Assembly: GCA_964019425.1 (NCBI GenBank)
Contig: OZ025788.1
Location: 868,001 to 932,000, forward strand
DNA from: Flectonema sp. DT1601
Taxonomy: Eukaryota
Length of the DNA stretch: 64,000 bases
Reading direction: 5' to 3'
A program made the position numbers and the translations under genes. Below are positions 46,556-58,331 of the stretch, one piece after another. How positions within the stretch are numbered: position 1 is the first letter of the stretch; each line of letters begins with the position of its first letter. The notes under the pieces are model-generated. The model searched no databases. It worked only from the letters and a program-made list of their open reading frames with translations, and was not told the DNA's origin.

Positions 46556-48277
46556 TTAATTCCTCGAGTAGTCCCGTTTCTCATTCCGGTCAAGACGGTC
46601 AGCCATTTCAGACTTAGTAGCAGCAACAGAGTTAGCTCGTTGCCTACTTGAGACCGTCAGCCTCTGAGAACCCGATCCTTTATCGTTATTCAGGGACTCA
46701 ATCTCCTTTCGAAGACATCTATTCGCATCCCTCTCTTCAGCAAGGTCCTGCCGTAGACTCTTCACAGCAGCCGTTAGTTCAGTAACCTGCGATACCAATT
46801 TAGAAATGTCGGATTGTTGACAGTTGTACTGCGAAGGCGGTAGGGGCAGCTGCTGTTTGTTCGATTGTAGCGTCTGCAGATATTGCTGATTTTGCTGATT
46901 TTGCTGAGAAACAGGCGGTGGTGATAAATCAATTCCAACAGATGGCGCAGCGTTAGGTTGACAGAGGTGAGGAAACTCGTCCAGGTCCATCTTATCGGGA
47001 TTCTGCTTGCCGAGACCCACCTCTTTGATTGTGATCATGTCATCACGAAGAATGATGAAGTTACTCTTGGGTTTCTCCTTGGCCACTACAATCATCTTAG
47101 GAAGCTCCTTTCTGCTCCTGTACCTAGCAACGACGTTAATCTCCCACCCTTGGTGAGCACAGACCTGCACTACTTCCAGCGAACTCATCGCATCAATTGC
47201 TCGGCTCCTCAAACAGAACTTGAGGCCTTCAGGTGGAGGCGGCAGTGCATTCTCACCCAGCTTCGATCGCACGTAATCTTCGTCGGTCTTCAGACACACA
47301 ATCCCCAGCTTGCGTGAGTGGCGGTAGAACCTCAGAGGTAACCGGAGTTCACCGGCTAGCGATGAGGCTAACTTAAAATCCACCGTGAGCTGGATTGACG
47401 ACCTGCACGGTGCTGTGTCTGCGAAATTCGGTACTGATAAGAAGTACCCACCACTCCCACTTGCCCTTCTCAAGGCGTCAACAGCGTCTGCTGGCACCCT
47501 CATGTTCACAGACTTAACATGAGGGTCTGATTCCTTCTTGTTGGCAGGCCACAAGAGGTGCGGCTCGATGGGCATGTTCGTGACTGCTGTGTAGTAGTCA
47601 GAAGCCTTCTTGCACAACTCATTAGGTGAAGGTACCTTGTCGTTGGAGTGGAGCGCGTGGTGGTGGAACAATACCACTCGATTGTCACCGGCAGTCAGAG
47701 CGTCTCCACGGAAGAGGGTAGCTGGTTTCCCGGTTGATACAATCCAACCGGTCCGATGTGTCAGTACACCGTCGTTTACCACCGCCGGGAACTGTATCTT
47801 CTTACCGCCCCCAGGGTTTTTCTTGCAAATTACCGAGAGGTTTGTTCCCGGTCGGAGTTTAATCATCGCATCTACATCAGAGGCCGTGCCCAGTGACACA
47901 CCACACGTAATCGACGTGTTAAACACGCCTGACATCGAAATTATTGGAACAGACCAGTCATCATCACGGAGTTGGCAGTCCCACCGCTTCTCTTGCACAT
48001 TCGGTAAATTAGTTGCTGCCTTCCCATCACATCGGACCTCCTTCAGTCCACTAAACGAATTCAGCGCTTGAGCCGGCTCAGGCTTGCGCTTCACTACCTT
48101 GGGCCGCTTACCACGTACCCTCGTCCATTCCTCATTCATCGGCGATAAATCCACCGATGGCTTCTCTCCCCCGTTGCGTTTAGTAACCCCCTTTACATTC
48201 AAACCCTTCTGCATCTCACCGAGCATGCCCACCATCTTCTCCAGCATCAGGCCAAATAGGCCTGGATCCAATGTCAT
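46556..48277 (-). CDS. Retrotransposon ORF1 (573 aa; Q/P-rich segment and C-terminal coiled coil)
   Basis: Long ORF directly upstream of, and in frame with, ORF2. No zinc knuckle seen. Confidence 0.85.
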   Translation of the reverse strand: MTLDPGLFGLMLEKMVGMLGEMQKGLNVKGVTKRNGGEKPSVDLSPMNEEWTRVRGKRPKVVKRKPEPAQALNSFSGLKEVRCDGKAATNLPNVQEKRWDCQLRDDDWSVPIISMSGVFNTSITCGVSLGTASDVDAMIKLRPGTNLSVICKKNPGGGKKIQFPAVVNDGVLTHRTGWIVSTGKPATLFRGDALTAGDNRVVLFHHHALHSNDKVPSPNELCKKASDYYTAVTNMPIEPHLLWPANKKESDPHVKSVNMRVPADAVDALRRASGSGGYFLSVPNFADTAPCRSSIQLTVDFKLASSLAGELRLPLRFYRHSRKLGIVCLKTDEDYVRSKLGENALPPPPEGLKFCLRSRAIDAMSSLEVVQVCAHQGWEINVVARYRSRKELPKMIVVAKEKPKSNFIILRDDMITIKEVGLGKQNPDKMDLDEFPHLCQPNAAPSVGIDLSPPPVSQQNQQNQQYLQTLQSNKQQLPLPPSQYNCQQSDISKLVSQVTELTAAVKSLRQDLAEERDANRCLRKEIESLNNDKGSGSQRLTVSSRQRANSVAATKSEMADRLDRNEKRDYSRN

Positions 48278-50874
48278 AGTTGTTAATTATTGGAAATCAA
48301 TAAAGTACAGAAATAGTTTGCACAATAAAGTACAGATGAAATGAGTAGTATAAAGTTTCAACAAAGACGGTAAATCCGAGAATGATTTTTGACAACAACT
48401 TTAATCACAATAACAATAATGGAGCAATGAGATGAAGCTGAGAGCGAGCCCTACAAAAAACAAAAAAAGAAAACAGCTGCTGCGCAAAACAGCATCTGCC
48501 TATGCATTATAAAAGAGTGCACTTTGCAGACCAACAAGCACACGAGATAAATGAGAAGTTGGGTATAAAAAAAATAAAAAAAAATCTTTTTTTTCTCTTT
48601 TTATAGTAGTGATTATTAGTCAAGACCCAAACATACCAAAGTAGCCTAAAAACTTTTTTTTTTTAGATTAAGCGAGGATTCCTCTCATTTTTAAAGAAAC
48701 TGCGGTTAAACTGATATTTATATTTGTCGGGACTTCAGTTTCTAGAAATGAGCCCACGTTACTGAAAACAGTGTTCGTTAAATTAAGCGGTGGTCACTGG
48801 GAGTCTACTCAAATTAGCAAAGTGGTAGTTACTTTATAATAACAATACAAGTATTTTACTTAAACCAGCAATCGTCAACAACTGTGATCTCGGTCACATC
48901 GACCGAGGTCACAGCAAGTTATTGTCATTATTCAAAGAAACGATTGCAAAGCAGTTTTTTTTTCTCTCTTTTTTTTTGTATATCTTTACTCAAAGCGACA
49001 AACCCTTCATATGCTGCTGTATGGTCACCTTCTGGAAAAGACAAGTTGTCTTATGTACAAACAACGTTTCACGCAACAAAGAAAGACGTGACGACATGAA
49101 CGGGAGTAGAAACAAAAGGAAAGTCGAGAGAACATTATAAAAGAAAGAAAAGAATAACAAAAAAAAAAAGAAAATGGTCGCTCATTTTTTACGTGACTAG
49201 CTTCACTCTTTATTTTTAAACAATTGCTTGTTTGGCTAAATAATTTTAAAAAAAAATTAATAAACACGAAAAACATTATGAAAAAAGAAACATGAGAATC
49301 CCAAAATAGTGAAGAAAAAACAGATGAGTTGGTAGAGGGAGAATTCAACAACACTGCAGTGACTTATCTTTATAAAAGAAAACTCGGCTGCATAATTGAA
49401 ATTCAAAGGAGAAGAAAAGAAAAAAGCAACTCTTTAGAACCGCCTTCTGCTGCTAATCGAATCGAGAGTTGCGAATAAACGCCTCGTATTTCTGCAAGGT
49501 TAGACTTACAACGGATTTTATTCGAAAAGGTATCCTTTTATTTTATTTTATTTTTTGCACTTTCATCGGAGAAACAAAAACCATTCAGATTAAGAGAGCG
49601 GTTACCCATGCCATTATTATTTAGTATTACTGTCTTCGATCAAACAAGGCTGAATCTGAAGGTTCAATTAATGGTCTCTTTTGTTAGTTTTTTTATTTTA
49701 TTTCATTTAATCAACTTCCTTCTTTTCCTAATCTACTGCTTTCAATCAGTGAAAAAGTAGTAGACAACGCAAGATATCAACAAGCATGTCAAGTTATGAA
49801 TACTTGTTGAAAAGTGATGTCTCCTTCACTAAGGAACATGTGAGCCTGTTGCAGGTCAATAATTCTTTTTATTTTTTTTTTTAAAAACAAAATCAAGTAG
49901 GGAATAAGGGCTTATTGCATATATTGCTGACCGAACCCGCTCTTAAGCAAGGCAGGGATTACAAAAAAAGAACAGCAAAAGCAAAAAAACAAGTGATTAT
50001 TTTAATTTTGGGCTGGGGATAACTCACATCAACAGAAAAACTAAAATCTGCTGACGGAGGGCTAATTACATAACGATTTTATGTCTTAAAACATTCAGAG
50101 AAAAGCAAAAAAAAACAATAAGCGGATAATAGGGATGGATGACAAATTAGTGACTTCATGGCAATTGAAATTAAGTTTTCTTTATTCTCTATTTACATCT
50201 TCTAAATAGTAGTTCTTGTACAACCATGGAGGCCAATTATTGAACATAAAAGAAAAAGGCGGATTTTGAGGAATGGTTTGCCTGATAGTTGTTTGATGAG
50301 GTTCAATCGCACGAAGTAACCAACAAAACAAAACATTGGCAAAGTGACGGGAGCGAAAAGAGAAAAAAAAAAGAAAACACACTCAGCTTAGGGGTGTCAA
50401 TATTGGAATTGCTTTGGAAAGTTTTGTCGACAACAGAAGAAATTATTATGCCTCATCTAAAACAGGACGTAGGCATGCCCTCCGGACTGAGATTGATGAA
50501 CGTGACGTCACAGTATATATGAAGCACACATGATCCGATGTACTTTATGTTGCTGCTTGTGTTGCCTGATGAGGAGTAATAATAAAGAGAAGGAAGATTT
50601 TCAAAAAAAAAAAAAAAAAAAAAAAAAAGAACAATGAAATGAGCTATGCTATTCACCCAGCCCTAAATAATAAAAAGAAAAAAAAGAATTCCCTCTTTCG
50701 GCAAAGCTGACACCTCTAATTGTCAAACAGTAATATTCAAATGATAAATCTTTTAAAACTCAACCGTGAAAAAGAAAACAAATAACAACTATTGGGGTGA
50801 CAAGTATCTTGAGCATGACTTTATATACAAGCAATCGCTACACGTAGGTACCGTACTTCTTTCACAGCTCCAAG

Positions 50875-50988
50875 ACGCAAAGCCAAAAATCGGAAAAAAC
50901 TCACAGGGCACAGACGAACAAATGACTACCTATTGCCCGCGCGAGCAGACGGTGTTAGAGACGGCTGATAACGCCAATTTTCGTCAAA
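50875..50988 (-). mobile_element. Internally deleted remnant of the retrotransposon 3' UTR
   Basis: Shares GAACAAATGACTACCTA and GCGAGCAGAC..GAGACGGCTGATAACGCCAATTTTCGTCAAA with 41831-42295. Confidence 0.85.
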
Positions 50989-51402
50989 TAAATATAGTGA
51001 GGCATCGATAAAAATAAATAAAAACACACGGAAGGTATTTTCTGACAGGTAAAGCAAGCTACGTACGCTGTCAAGAGTTTTACCAACATGTAAAAAAATA
51101 ATTAAAAAGACAAGGGAGAAAAAAAAAAAAAAAAAAAAAAAAAATGATTAAACCTGAAGCACACGTCATTCAACCCCGCAATAGAAGAAGAATAAAATCA
51201 TAATTTTTTTTTTGGCGCATTTCAGGTCACATAGAGGGGATTAAGAGGAAAAATGCTTGCCAATAAATACGGAATTATATCATCATCAGGAGAAAGAAAA
51301 AAGAAAAAGAAAACGTAGGAGTACTTCTGTCTCAAACAGCGTCCATTTGTCATCCAAAAAAAAAAGAAAAGGAAAACAAAAAATGAAAAAATCATTATGA
51401 TT

Positions 51403-51486
51403 TTTTATTTATTTATTTATCGAAGTCAGAGAAGTCAAGCTTCTGCAGAGAAGCATCACTAGGGTACCTAGGCTCTCCATGAGACG
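51403..51486 (-). mobile_element. Diverged retroposon 3' terminus with (TAAA)n tail
   Basis: TTTATTTATCGAAGTCAGAGAAGTCAAGC..AAGCATCAC aligns loosely with TTTATTTACGAAGCCTAGGAAGCCAAAGC..AAGCTCAC of the full element. Confidence 0.5.
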
Positions 51487-53991
51487 TAAATTGACCAGAA
51501 GTAACTTTTTCAATACAACAGATATAAAAAGAGAGAAAAAAAAAACATGCACAGAAACATTCAAACTTAATTTATTTTTTTCTTTTTTTTTTCTTTTTTT
51601 GGGAGGGGAAGTAGTCTGGGTTCCTTTTTTTTTTCATTTTTTTTTTGTTTTATCTTCTTACTCTAAACGCAAAAGACAAAACAGCACCTGTGAAAAAGTC
51701 CATTGGAAAGAAAAGGTATGGTAAAAAAAAAACAGGGCCAATAAATAACGAAGGAGAAAGCAAAATATCAAGAAGGCTGTTATAAAGTAAAATGAATCAC
51801 AAGTCCAAGAGAGACAAGTTAAGGGAAGGAATGTCCCATTTTTATTTTTTTTAGTGATCTTTGATAGCCCTCATTTTTTTTTTACATAATTTCAGAAAAA
51901 GAAAAGAGCGGGGGAAAAAAAATGTTCAGCACGAACTTTGCGTTGCTTAGTAGTACACACCAAACCGTAATTGGAATGGCTGCATTTCAACTAGAGACAT
52001 CAATGTAACTTTATAGCTTACATCAAACTAATGTGACACGATGACTACGTTGAAGGGAGAAAAAAAAAACTAATTTTTTGGTTGAATTGAATGGGCTGCA
52101 CAACCTGAAAAAAAAAGGGGGGGGGGCGGTAAACTGTTTGATTAGGTTTATACGAATATAAATCTCCTTATTGTATCAAAAGCTAAATAATGAAATTTTA
52201 AAAACTCATGACACAGTGACTAACATGGGGGGGAGAAATTCCTCAGGAGGGCAGCTTCATGCTATGCTGCAATCTTTTTTTTTTTTTTTTTTTTTTTTTT
52301 TTGTGTTTTGATGGTGTTTGTAATAATCGGGTTTGCAACAATCCTTTTCTTCCACATGATTGTTTAAAAGGTTCTCATTTCTACGAGAGTAGTTGAAAAC
52401 GACAACGATAAAACTCAGGGTAACAGATGATAAGATATGCAATGTACCTGACAAGTTTTCCTTTGTGACCAACACATGTTAACCAGTTGAAAACCTCCAC
52501 GACACGCACACTTAGGTAGTAGATCATATATATTAGTATTGGTGACCAAGTGACACCAAACCAATATCTTTTGCTGATAGACATATTTCTATACGGTTTT
52601 GCCTAAAGAACTTGTGCGATGCCAAACCGAAAGAAACCAGGCAACCAGCTAGCATACAAACAATTTATCTGCGTCTTGCAGTTATGTTTGTTTAAGTCGA
52701 GAAAAAAAAAAAAAAACAAAAAAAAAAATAATAGATTCTTTTTTTTTTTTTTTTTTTTTTTAGGATGAGGGGGGTGGTGAAAAAAATCTTCTTCGTATTA
52801 TATGGTTTTTTTTTTTTTTTTTTTTTTGTTACTTTTTTAATCCTACAACAACTGAAGTCAGTTGATAATGAAAACAACAACAAAAAAAAAAAAACACATA
52901 AAAGACTTATTGAGGTAAACTTCTAGATGAGCTGTAACTCGTAATTAAAGTACATAAATAAGAATGAATCTCAATCTAATAGACTCGCAGACTAATATAA
53001 GCAAGGTACCTTTCGTATTTCCACTTCCGTGTTGCTAAGCGTCGCATGGTGGGGGAGAAAAAGCAAAGCAACATTACTACCAAAAACTAAGAGACCAACT
53101 CCTAAGCAAAGGTGAGAAGCTTCGTTCACGAAAAATTGACCAATATTTGCTTTTAAAAAAAAACCCCCCGAAATAATGCAAGAAGAGAAATTATTGTCAC
53201 CATTAAAAAAAAAAAAAAGAAAAATGATTAAATAAACAGTTGTTGAGTCTCTTGATGCACTGTAGGAAGTTATCAGAATAGAATTTTACAGCAGTCATCA
53301 GGACTGTTCAAGCGGCTAACAGACACAACCCAGTGCAGGGAGAATCACATAGTTGAAGTTGTCGTTGAAAAGTTGGAATTTTTTTCGTGAAGACAAATGG
53401 GAAAAAAAAAAAAAAAAAAAAGAGTGCAGCCATTTTTTTTCTCTCAAAACCAAGATAAGGCTACCAACGCATCGAATAAAAAAAAAAAGCTACAACAGCG
53501 CAGAATCATTTACGGGGATACAAATATAAAAGAAATCATCATCGAGGCAATCTGAAGACTACCACCAGAAAGGGATTGTGTGCTGTCTGTTAATATTATT
53601 TTTTTTTATATTGTATTCTTTGAACAAAACAGAACAAAAAAGAAAGCCTTACCATCCCTTGGATATAACCCTCTAATGCATATCGGCCAGAGGATGTGTA
53701 TTGTGGGTAGACGACTCACTGAACATTATCACTTTGAAACACTCAAAGAGAACGATAATCAGCTGATATCTTGCCTGCTAAGAATACACAACTCACTACT
53801 ATGGGACATAACTATTCTTAAAAAGCATTAAGCTAAAAAGTAAAAGAGTTTCGAAATGCTTAAATAAAAACAGAAGGTTGATTGTCAAACTGTGATCTGT
53901 TCACTCAGAGAATTCACAAGTGGCTCAGTTGTCTTCATCAATCGTGATGAGTTGATAATAAGTAAGGTCACGTACACCCTTACAAACATAA

Positions 53992-56886
53992 CTATATCAC
54001 AAAAGGATCAATGAGAAGCTGTTCTGCTGATGCTCGGTCTTCAGGGTTTCTCTTTAGTACTCGGGCAACACAATTAATCGCTTCTTCGGACATCTCATCA
54101 GTCGAAGGAAGGGGAACATCACCATCTTCTTGACAAAGCCAACGCAAGAAACGGTGAGTGCTGGCAGGTACTTCGTCACAGTATGCATATGGAGTAGAGA
54201 CTCCTCCCAAAAGCATTTGAATTATCGTTAAACCAAGTGCCCACATATCACTTGCTGTACATGTTTCATTACGGCAAGCTTCTGGAGACATAAACAATGG
54301 CGTTCCTATTAATGTTCCACCAGTTTCTATTTCTGTCATTGCTACACATGTTCCGAAATCACTTAACTTACATTGTCCATCAGTGTGTAGTAGTACGTTA
54401 CCTGGTTTTAAATCACGATGAATTACATTGTGTCCGTGAAGGTAGTGTAAACCTTTTAAAATATCCTTTGTGTATCTCTTAGCAGTGAGTGGTTTGATTG
54501 TTCCAAACTGCTCAAGGACTGAGGCAAGGGAACCTCCGCTTACGTATTCCATCGTTATTACAACGTAACGTTCGTAGACACCGCAGCTTATGAAACTGAC
54601 GATGCTGTCATCTCTGAACTTTATCAGCTGACTGACCTCATTTACGTATGACTCGAGTGATTCTGCTGAGGTATTGCGCTTTCGACCAAATTTTGTTTTT
54701 ACTTCATTTTGTATGGATGGAATTTTCATACATTTCAATGCAACTAGTGATCCTTCAGAAGACATTCCCAACCAAACTTCACCAAACGCACCCTTTCCAA
54801 GACATCTCTTTGGTGATCGCTGCCAAGAGGATCCATGTCTGTCAGTGAACTGTGTTGGTGGTTCATCAAAAACTGATTCATCACTGACATCGGATGATTC
54901 TTCTTCGAGTTTAATTGGAGTTCTACAATCATTAATTGCACTTCTTAGAAATTCAGCAGTGCTATCCTGCCTTGGAGGAATATCAATCAGCAGAGATGAT
55001 GAACAACGAGATCCTCTTGGGCGTGAGTTACGAGGGTAAGAAGATTCACCAAAAGTAGGGTCTTCCTCCCATTCTTGCCATCCTAAGATTTTTCTACAAT
55101 ATGGAGTTGGTAGATGAAGATCGTCATCCTGTGCTGCTGCTACTAAGTTTTGAAATCTTTGTTGTTGAATGTCATCACCCTCTTCCTCATCTGAATCATA
55201 AACCAGACATGGTAATCTATCTATCTCAGCATATTGACCATTAACAAATTTTGTAAACATCGATTTCCACTCAGAAGCACTCTCAGCTTCAGTTGTTTTA
55301 CTACGAGTTGGAGCACTGTTTAATAATTCATAAACAACTTGTCTGGTTGAATCATTTGGTCCACTAATCATATCAATAGGACGACAGATCATTGTCTCAC
55401 GAGTAAGTGTTGAGACTGTTTCAGATATAAGAAGTGGTGCTTGAATTACTCTTGATAATTGATTTAGCATTCGACTCTCTTCTACTAAACCTCCAAGAAC
55501 GAATGGAGAACGGTGTCTGTCATTTCCAATATTGCCACAGTATATGGGACCTGATGTAATAGAAACACAAAACCCTACTCTGTCTCCTCCAGAAACTGCT
55601 TCCATCGACCGTCTAATACCTAAAGCAGCTCTACATCCATGGTAGGCATGTAGAACACATGTTTGATGACTATTCCATGAAGCGATTAAACTATCAGCTT
55701 GCAGATGTAGAAGATTCCCTCCCTCATTCTTGACTGTGTCCATCGCAAAGCATTGCAATGCTGATGCCAACTCATACAGTTCTTGGACATCTCTGTAGTG
55801 GTGCTCAAGGTCCATGATTCCGAATTCTACGCTGCAAATAGTTCCCTTTTTCTTTTTCATGTTGCCCTTTAGATGACTGTACAAGTGTCCAGCAGCACCT
55901 CCAGTCATAGCGTCATCAACTTCTGATGAAACACTGTGCTTACGGTTAACGGTACTTTGTCTTCTTCCTGTTGAAAAACGTCTTCCAACATCAGATCGAG
56001 ACACTCGTCTTATTGCTGCAAGGCAGTCACCGACAGATGGTCGACGGAGTTTGTCACTCATACTTCCATTTGGTAGTAGTGATTGCTTTCTCTTCGACTG
56101 CATTGGTTCGATAATCTCAACAACACTCTCAGGAGTCTCATCCTTTGCTAAGTTAAATCTGATTGATTTTGGAGAAGGTTGAAGTGATTGTTGAAATGGA
56201 GAGTTCTGTAACGCTGATATCGTGTTCATTGGGTTTGTTGTACATCTCGACATAGAACAAGTTTCTTCATCATCTCCTTGAGCGGCAGCCTCAGCAGCGC
56301 TGAGACCAAGAGTGTAGTTCGGCAGAAACATTGCTTCACCAGTATGAGACTGCTCACTTTGAGGGCTTGCATCACGGTTAAGAAATGTTGGAGTGATTGC
56401 AACATCTTCACTGCTGGCATCATCATCAGTCGGGTTTGAGATGTTATTTTCAAAAGAACACAAAACGCTGTCAGGTAAGTACGGTTTGAATTCTCTCAAT
56501 GAACTAAGAAGACGTATAACACCAAGTTGTATTTCAAAGACGTCGTCAACAAAACATAATTCTGAGTTTTCAGTAACAATATCATCACATTCACACCATG
56601 AAAGTGATTGCAAGTCTCTCGTTATGTCCGATAAGTGTGATTTAATTGCATGAGTTCCTATTGAGATAGCGCATGCTACCAAACAACATAACACCGCAAT
56701 CCCTAACAAGATATTTTCATAACTTTCTCTTGATGGCTCTTGAGTTGTTATTAAGAATAAGACTAACGCCATCCCAGCCAAAGCCCCCTCTGTCCACTTC
56801 GCCATTGAACTTATGTCAATGTGACTGCTGCGTGTTGTAATTTCCCTCTCTTCTTCCCCCATGATTCCCCCCATCATTTTATTCAT
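53992..56886 (-). CDS. Receptor-like protein: two TM helices, degenerate class III nucleotide cyclase domain, STE11/MAP3K-type kinase
   Basis: First ATG at 56886. Cyclase-like GGNLLHLQADSLIASWN and SITSGPIYCGNIG. Kinase LGKGAFGEV, VALK, MEYVSGGSL, HRDLKPGN, DFG, GTPLFMSPE. Confidence 0.88.
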   Translation of the reverse strand: MNKMMGGIMGEEEREITTRSSHIDISSMAKWTEGALAGMALVLFLITTQEPSRESYENILLGIAVLCCLVACAISIGTHAIKSHLSDITRDLQSLSWCECDDIVTENSELCFVDDVFEIQLGVIRLLSSLREFKPYLPDSVLCSFENNISNPTDDDASSEDVAITPTFLNRDASPQSEQSHTGEAMFLPNYTLGLSAAEAAAQGDDEETCSMSRCTTNPMNTISALQNSPFQQSLQPSPKSIRFNLAKDETPESVVEIIEPMQSKRKQSLLPNGSMSDKLRRPSVGDCLAAIRRVSRSDVGRRFSTGRRQSTVNRKHSVSSEVDDAMTGGAAGHLYSHLKGNMKKKKGTICSVEFGIMDLEHHYRDVQELYELASALQCFAMDTVKNEGGNLLHLQADSLIASWNSHQTCVLHAYHGCRAALGIRRSMEAVSGGDRVGFCVSITSGPIYCGNIGNDRHRSPFVLGGLVEESRMLNQLSRVIQAPLLISETVSTLTRETMICRPIDMISGPNDSTRQVVYELLNSAPTRSKTTEAESASEWKSMFTKFVNGQYAEIDRLPCLVYDSDEEEGDDIQQQRFQNLVAAAQDDDLHLPTPYCRKILGWQEWEEDPTFGESSYPRNSRPRGSRCSSSLLIDIPPRQDSTAEFLRSAINDCRTPIKLEEESSDVSDESVFDEPPTQFTDRHGSSWQRSPKRCLGKGAFGEVWLGMSSEGSLVALKCMKIPSIQNEVKTKFGRKRNTSAESLESYVNEVSQLIKFRDDSIVSFISCGVYERYVVITMEYVSGGSLASVLEQFGTIKPLTAKRYTKDILKGLHYLHGHNVIHRDLKPGNVLLHTDGQCKLSDFGTCVAMTEIETGGTLIGTPLFMSPEACRNETCTASDMWALGLTIIQMLLGGVSTPYAYCDEVPASTHRFLRWLCQEDGDVPLPSTDEMSEEAINCVARVLKRNPEDRASAEQLLIDPFVI

Positions 56887-57691
56887 TACAGTTGAGGGGT
56901 GTGGACTTCCCTTTTCTTGGGTTTTGTTTAAAAAAAAAAAGAAATTAATAAATTTGCACAAAAAGACAACATTGACTAAGCAACAGCCCTTCTAATAATA
57001 CTCACAATGCTATGAGTCGCAATCAACATAATAATACAACTTGTGACACACCTTGTAGTATCAACATTATTTATATTTCCTTTAATCTCATTTTCTTAAC
57101 ACGGACTACAAAAAACACAGTAGATTGTCTGAAAAGTTAAAATAAATTTTAAAGGGAAAAAAGAAAATAATAATAATAATAAGAATAATGCATATTACAC
57201 AACACTAAATGCTCTTGTCAAAGCTCTAAACAGATTGTTGGTATTTTGAAAAAATATTTTTTCCTTTCACTAATTTAGTTTTTTTTTGATATCTAACGTA
57301 AGTTGAAGGGGACAGCGGCAATGAAACACAGAAGACAGCATGAGTGTGCTTCTATTGCCATAGTAACAAATCTATCCCCTTTTCCTCAGAGCTAATATTT
57401 TTTTAAAACAATTCAAATTAATCACTACAAAAAAAAAAAAAAAAAAACGAATCGGTTATACCAATATCAGCCTGGGAGTACAATTAAAATTAAGAAGTGT
57501 ACTAAAAGTTTAATCAACAGTAACGCAGCCAATTATTAATTTTCTATGGGGAAGTCGAAAACATCTGACTTCCAGTAAAGGATAAAGGCTGTTGTTTTTG
57601 TTGTTGTTGTTTTCTCGAAGCGCCACTTAACAGCAACAAAACATATTCAATAAAGAATTAGTTTTTGTGTGGTTAGAAGAAGTGTTCAAAA

Positions 57692-57731
<40 letters not shown>

Positions 57732-58331
57732 ACAACAAAAATTCCTAATTCTTGTGATGAATGTCTACACCAGTTGCATGCTGCCGAGCCACACCATCCA
57801 AAACATAGCACAGACTCATCAGTATACAGTCTTTTTGTTTTACTTTCGATTTTCGATTTTCTACTTTTTTTATTTTTTTTTTTTCGAATTAACATTCCAT
57901 AGCATTCAGAGACCAGCTGTATCATGGCACGAATTTACTATATTTTTTTCTTTCCCTCTCCCCTTCATTTTTAACATCGTGTAGCGCCCCTACAAATCAG
58001 CCCAAAAAATAGGCTATTTCAAAAAAAAAGAGAAAAAATGCATTGATTATGGGCTCACTTTGTTTCAATACATGGTTTCTTAGTAGACTTAACAACACAG
58101 GGTTAGTTTGGTGCAAAAAAAAAAAAAAATGATGTTCTCTTCTAAATGATAAAGGGCACTTTTCAACTAAAATGATTCCTTATGGGGCGCTACAGCCATG
58201 TTTTAAATTTAAATTTTTTTTTTTTTTTTCTTTCTCCCAACTGTCGCTGATTTAGCAACAACAGAGTTTTTTTAACAAAACCAGATAATAATACCGTCAT
58301 ATCGTAGCACAATACAAATCGTAAGAAGTAA

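Larger units (their letters stand above)
41831..48452 (-). mobile_element. Non-LTR retrotransposon (I/ingi-like, APE-RT-RNase H), apparently intact; 5' boundary approximate
   Basis: ORF1 plus ORF2, higher GC than the flanks, and a 3' UTR ending in (TAAA)n tails. No target-site duplication identified. Confidence 0.92.

Noticed and set aside
46556..46558. Genome-wide stop-codon reassignment as the explanation for the in-frame TAA
   Set aside because: TAA, TAG and TGA all terminate ordinary genes in this window, and no other gene needs an internal stop to be read.
48280..48480. HDV-like ribozyme / 77-nt ingi-L1Tc signature at the element 5' end
   Set aside because: No matching sequence or nested double pseudoknot could be built by eye.
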